From Candidatus Latescibacterota bacterium (GTDB lineage: Bacteria > Krumholzibacteriota > Krumholzibacteriia > WVZY01), in assembly GCA_963791045.1 (NCBI GenBank), contig CAWBQK010000017.1:204078-268077 (forward strand): a stretch of 64,000 nucleotides of DNA, read 5' to 3'. The notes under the pieces were generated by a model. It saw only the letters and a list, made by a program, of their open reading frames with translations, searched no databases and was not told where the DNA came from. Within the stretch, counting starts at the first letter, position 1. The number at the start of each line of letters is the position of its first letter. Shown in pieces: positions 63,087 to 64,000 of the stretch. The position numbers and the translations under genes were made by a program.

Positions 63087-64000
63087 ATGGACGTTACCGG
63101 TATGGGGTCCCCTGAGACCCCAAGAGACGAAGAAATAAAAAAGATGGGGGGTGATACGTCACAAGAAGAGGTGGCGACAGTAGCCGCCGCGACCACCAAG
63201 AAGGGTGGCCGAGGCCGTCGCTCGCCTGTTTATGCGGATTTTGAAGAGCTGGATAGGGAAATGGCCGTCAAGGAATCGGAAGGCGACCAGAGCGAGTCCG
63301 GTTTGGCTCTGATCAAAGAACTTGACAGTATGGTTAGTACGTTTACCGAAGGCCAGATTGTCAAAGGTTCGATCACGGAGATAAGAGAAAACGAGATCAT
63401 AGTTGATGTCGGATTCAAGAGCGAGGGAACGATACCCGTTTCCGAGTTTCGTGATTTTGACCAGATTACTCCGGGTGATCCCGTCGACGTGTTTCTCGAG
63501 AAACTCGAGAACCAGGACGGCCTCGTCGTGCTTTCGAAAGAGAAAGCGGACTTCTTTAAGGTCTGGGATGAGATCAAAGATGGCTACGACGATGGCAGTA
63601 TCATGGAAGGCCGTGTAGCGCGTCGAATCAAGGGAGGTCTCGTTGTGGATCTCCTCGGTGTGGACGCGTTCTTGCCCGGAAGTCAAATTGCCCTCAGGCA
63701 AGTACCAAATCTTGATGATCTGATCAGCCAAACTTTAAGTTTCAAGATCATCAAAATCAACAAACGCAGACGAAACATCGTCGTTTCGCGACGGATTGTC
63801 CTTGAAGAACAGCGTGAAGAGCAGAAGAAAACTCTTCTCGGCGAACTCGAGGTCAGCCAGGTCCGCGAAGGTGTCGTCAAGAACATTACCGACTTTGGCG
63901 CGTTCGTCGATCTCGGTGGTGTAGACGGACTTCTTCACCTCACGGACATGACCTGGGGCCGCATCGGCCATCCGTCCGAAGTCGTTTCAATCGGCGATCA
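63087..64000 (+). CDS. rpsA: 30S ribosomal protein S1, N-terminal part (runs off window end)
   Basis: Absent from the ORF track (no stop in window). ATG 63087, 9 nt after AGGGGGA. After an N-terminal acidic/basic leader come S1 motifs GQIVKGSITEIRENEIIVDVGFKSEGTIP, GRVARRIKGGLVVDLLGVDAFLPGSQ, GVVKNITDFGAFVDLGGVDGLLHLTDMTW. Confidence 0.9.
   Translation, partial: MDVTGMGSPETPRDEEIKKMGGDTSQEEVATVAAATTKKGGRGRRSPVYADFEELDREMAVKESEGDQSESGLALIKELDSMVSTFTEGQIVKGSITEIRENEIIVDVGFKSEGTIPVSEFRDFDQITPGDPVDVFLEKLENQDGLVVLSKEKADFFKVWDEIKDGYDDGSIMEGRVARRIKGGLVVDLLGVDAFLPGSQIALRQVPNLDDLISQTLSFKIIKINKRRRNIVVSRRIVLEEQREEQKKTLLGELEVSQVREGVVKNITDFGAFVDLGGVDGLLHLTDMTWGRIGHPSEVVSIGD

Noticed and set aside
1-64000. 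CRISPR arrays, rRNA genes, transposases/IS elements, prophage genes, toxin-antitoxin pairs
   Set aside because: No regularly spaced direct repeats, no rRNA-like conserved blocks, no DDE/serine recombinase or phage structural motifs and no small paired ORFs were seen on either strand.

Overview
Moderately GC-rich bacterial chromosomal window made up almost entirely of housekeeping genes. All homology calls were made by eye from motifs. No database search was run and no statistics were computed.

I can support 50 protein-coding loci, 3 of them frame-disrupted, plus 2 divergent tRNAs (Leu-CAA, Ala-GGC), both with encoded CCA. Three genes are missing from the ORF track: the two edge-truncated genes (a YitJ-like homocysteine methyltransferase/MTHFR at the left edge, rpsA at the right edge) and a 30-codon bS22-like ORF.

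Main gene blocks:
- M1 aminopeptidase with a T9SS-type C-terminal domain
- nfeD-stomatin pair
- PilZ / REC-GAF-PAS histidine kinase / two sigma-54 activators / PorV-like porin cluster
- MltD-LysM, an I-site GGDEF cyclase and ComEC
- purN-purC-purH-guaA
- Slt70-like transglycosylase and an NHL propeller
- TPR / J-domain-TPR / PQQ-propeller trio
- cspA, secA, smg-topA-trmFO-xerC-hslVU
- dapF-dapA-dapB
- a large peptidase-like/PD40/Omp85 fusion outer-membrane protein
- proS, rpsT, xerD
- scpA-scpB-rluB, hisC, a cmk-plsC fusion, rpsA

Twenty-five consecutive genes (21880-56258) are co-oriented on the + strand. Only one textbook intrinsic terminator is visible.

Likely source: the T9SS-type CTD, PorV-like porin and bS22 hint at an FCB-superphylum-like lineage, yet the promoters look like canonical TTGACA-N17-TAnnnT. 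This taxonomic guess is low confidence.

I found no rRNA, CRISPR, transposase, phage gene or recognisable defence island, and I cannot honestly point to a clear novel system.

Most unusual observations:
1. proS is broken by three frame shifts within about 760 bp. There are two more single-site frame breaks, in sppA and in an Ig-like lipoprotein.
2. A 620-bp structured non-coding gap remains unassigned.
3. Several unusual domain fusions or architectures: Omp85 fusion, Cmk-PlsC, acidic-tailed ScpA/ScpB, and a pseudo-PP2C-TM-PQQ protein next to a J-domain-TPR protein.
4. A c-di-GMP/sigma-54 signalling cluster has no detectable sigma-54 promoter in the window.
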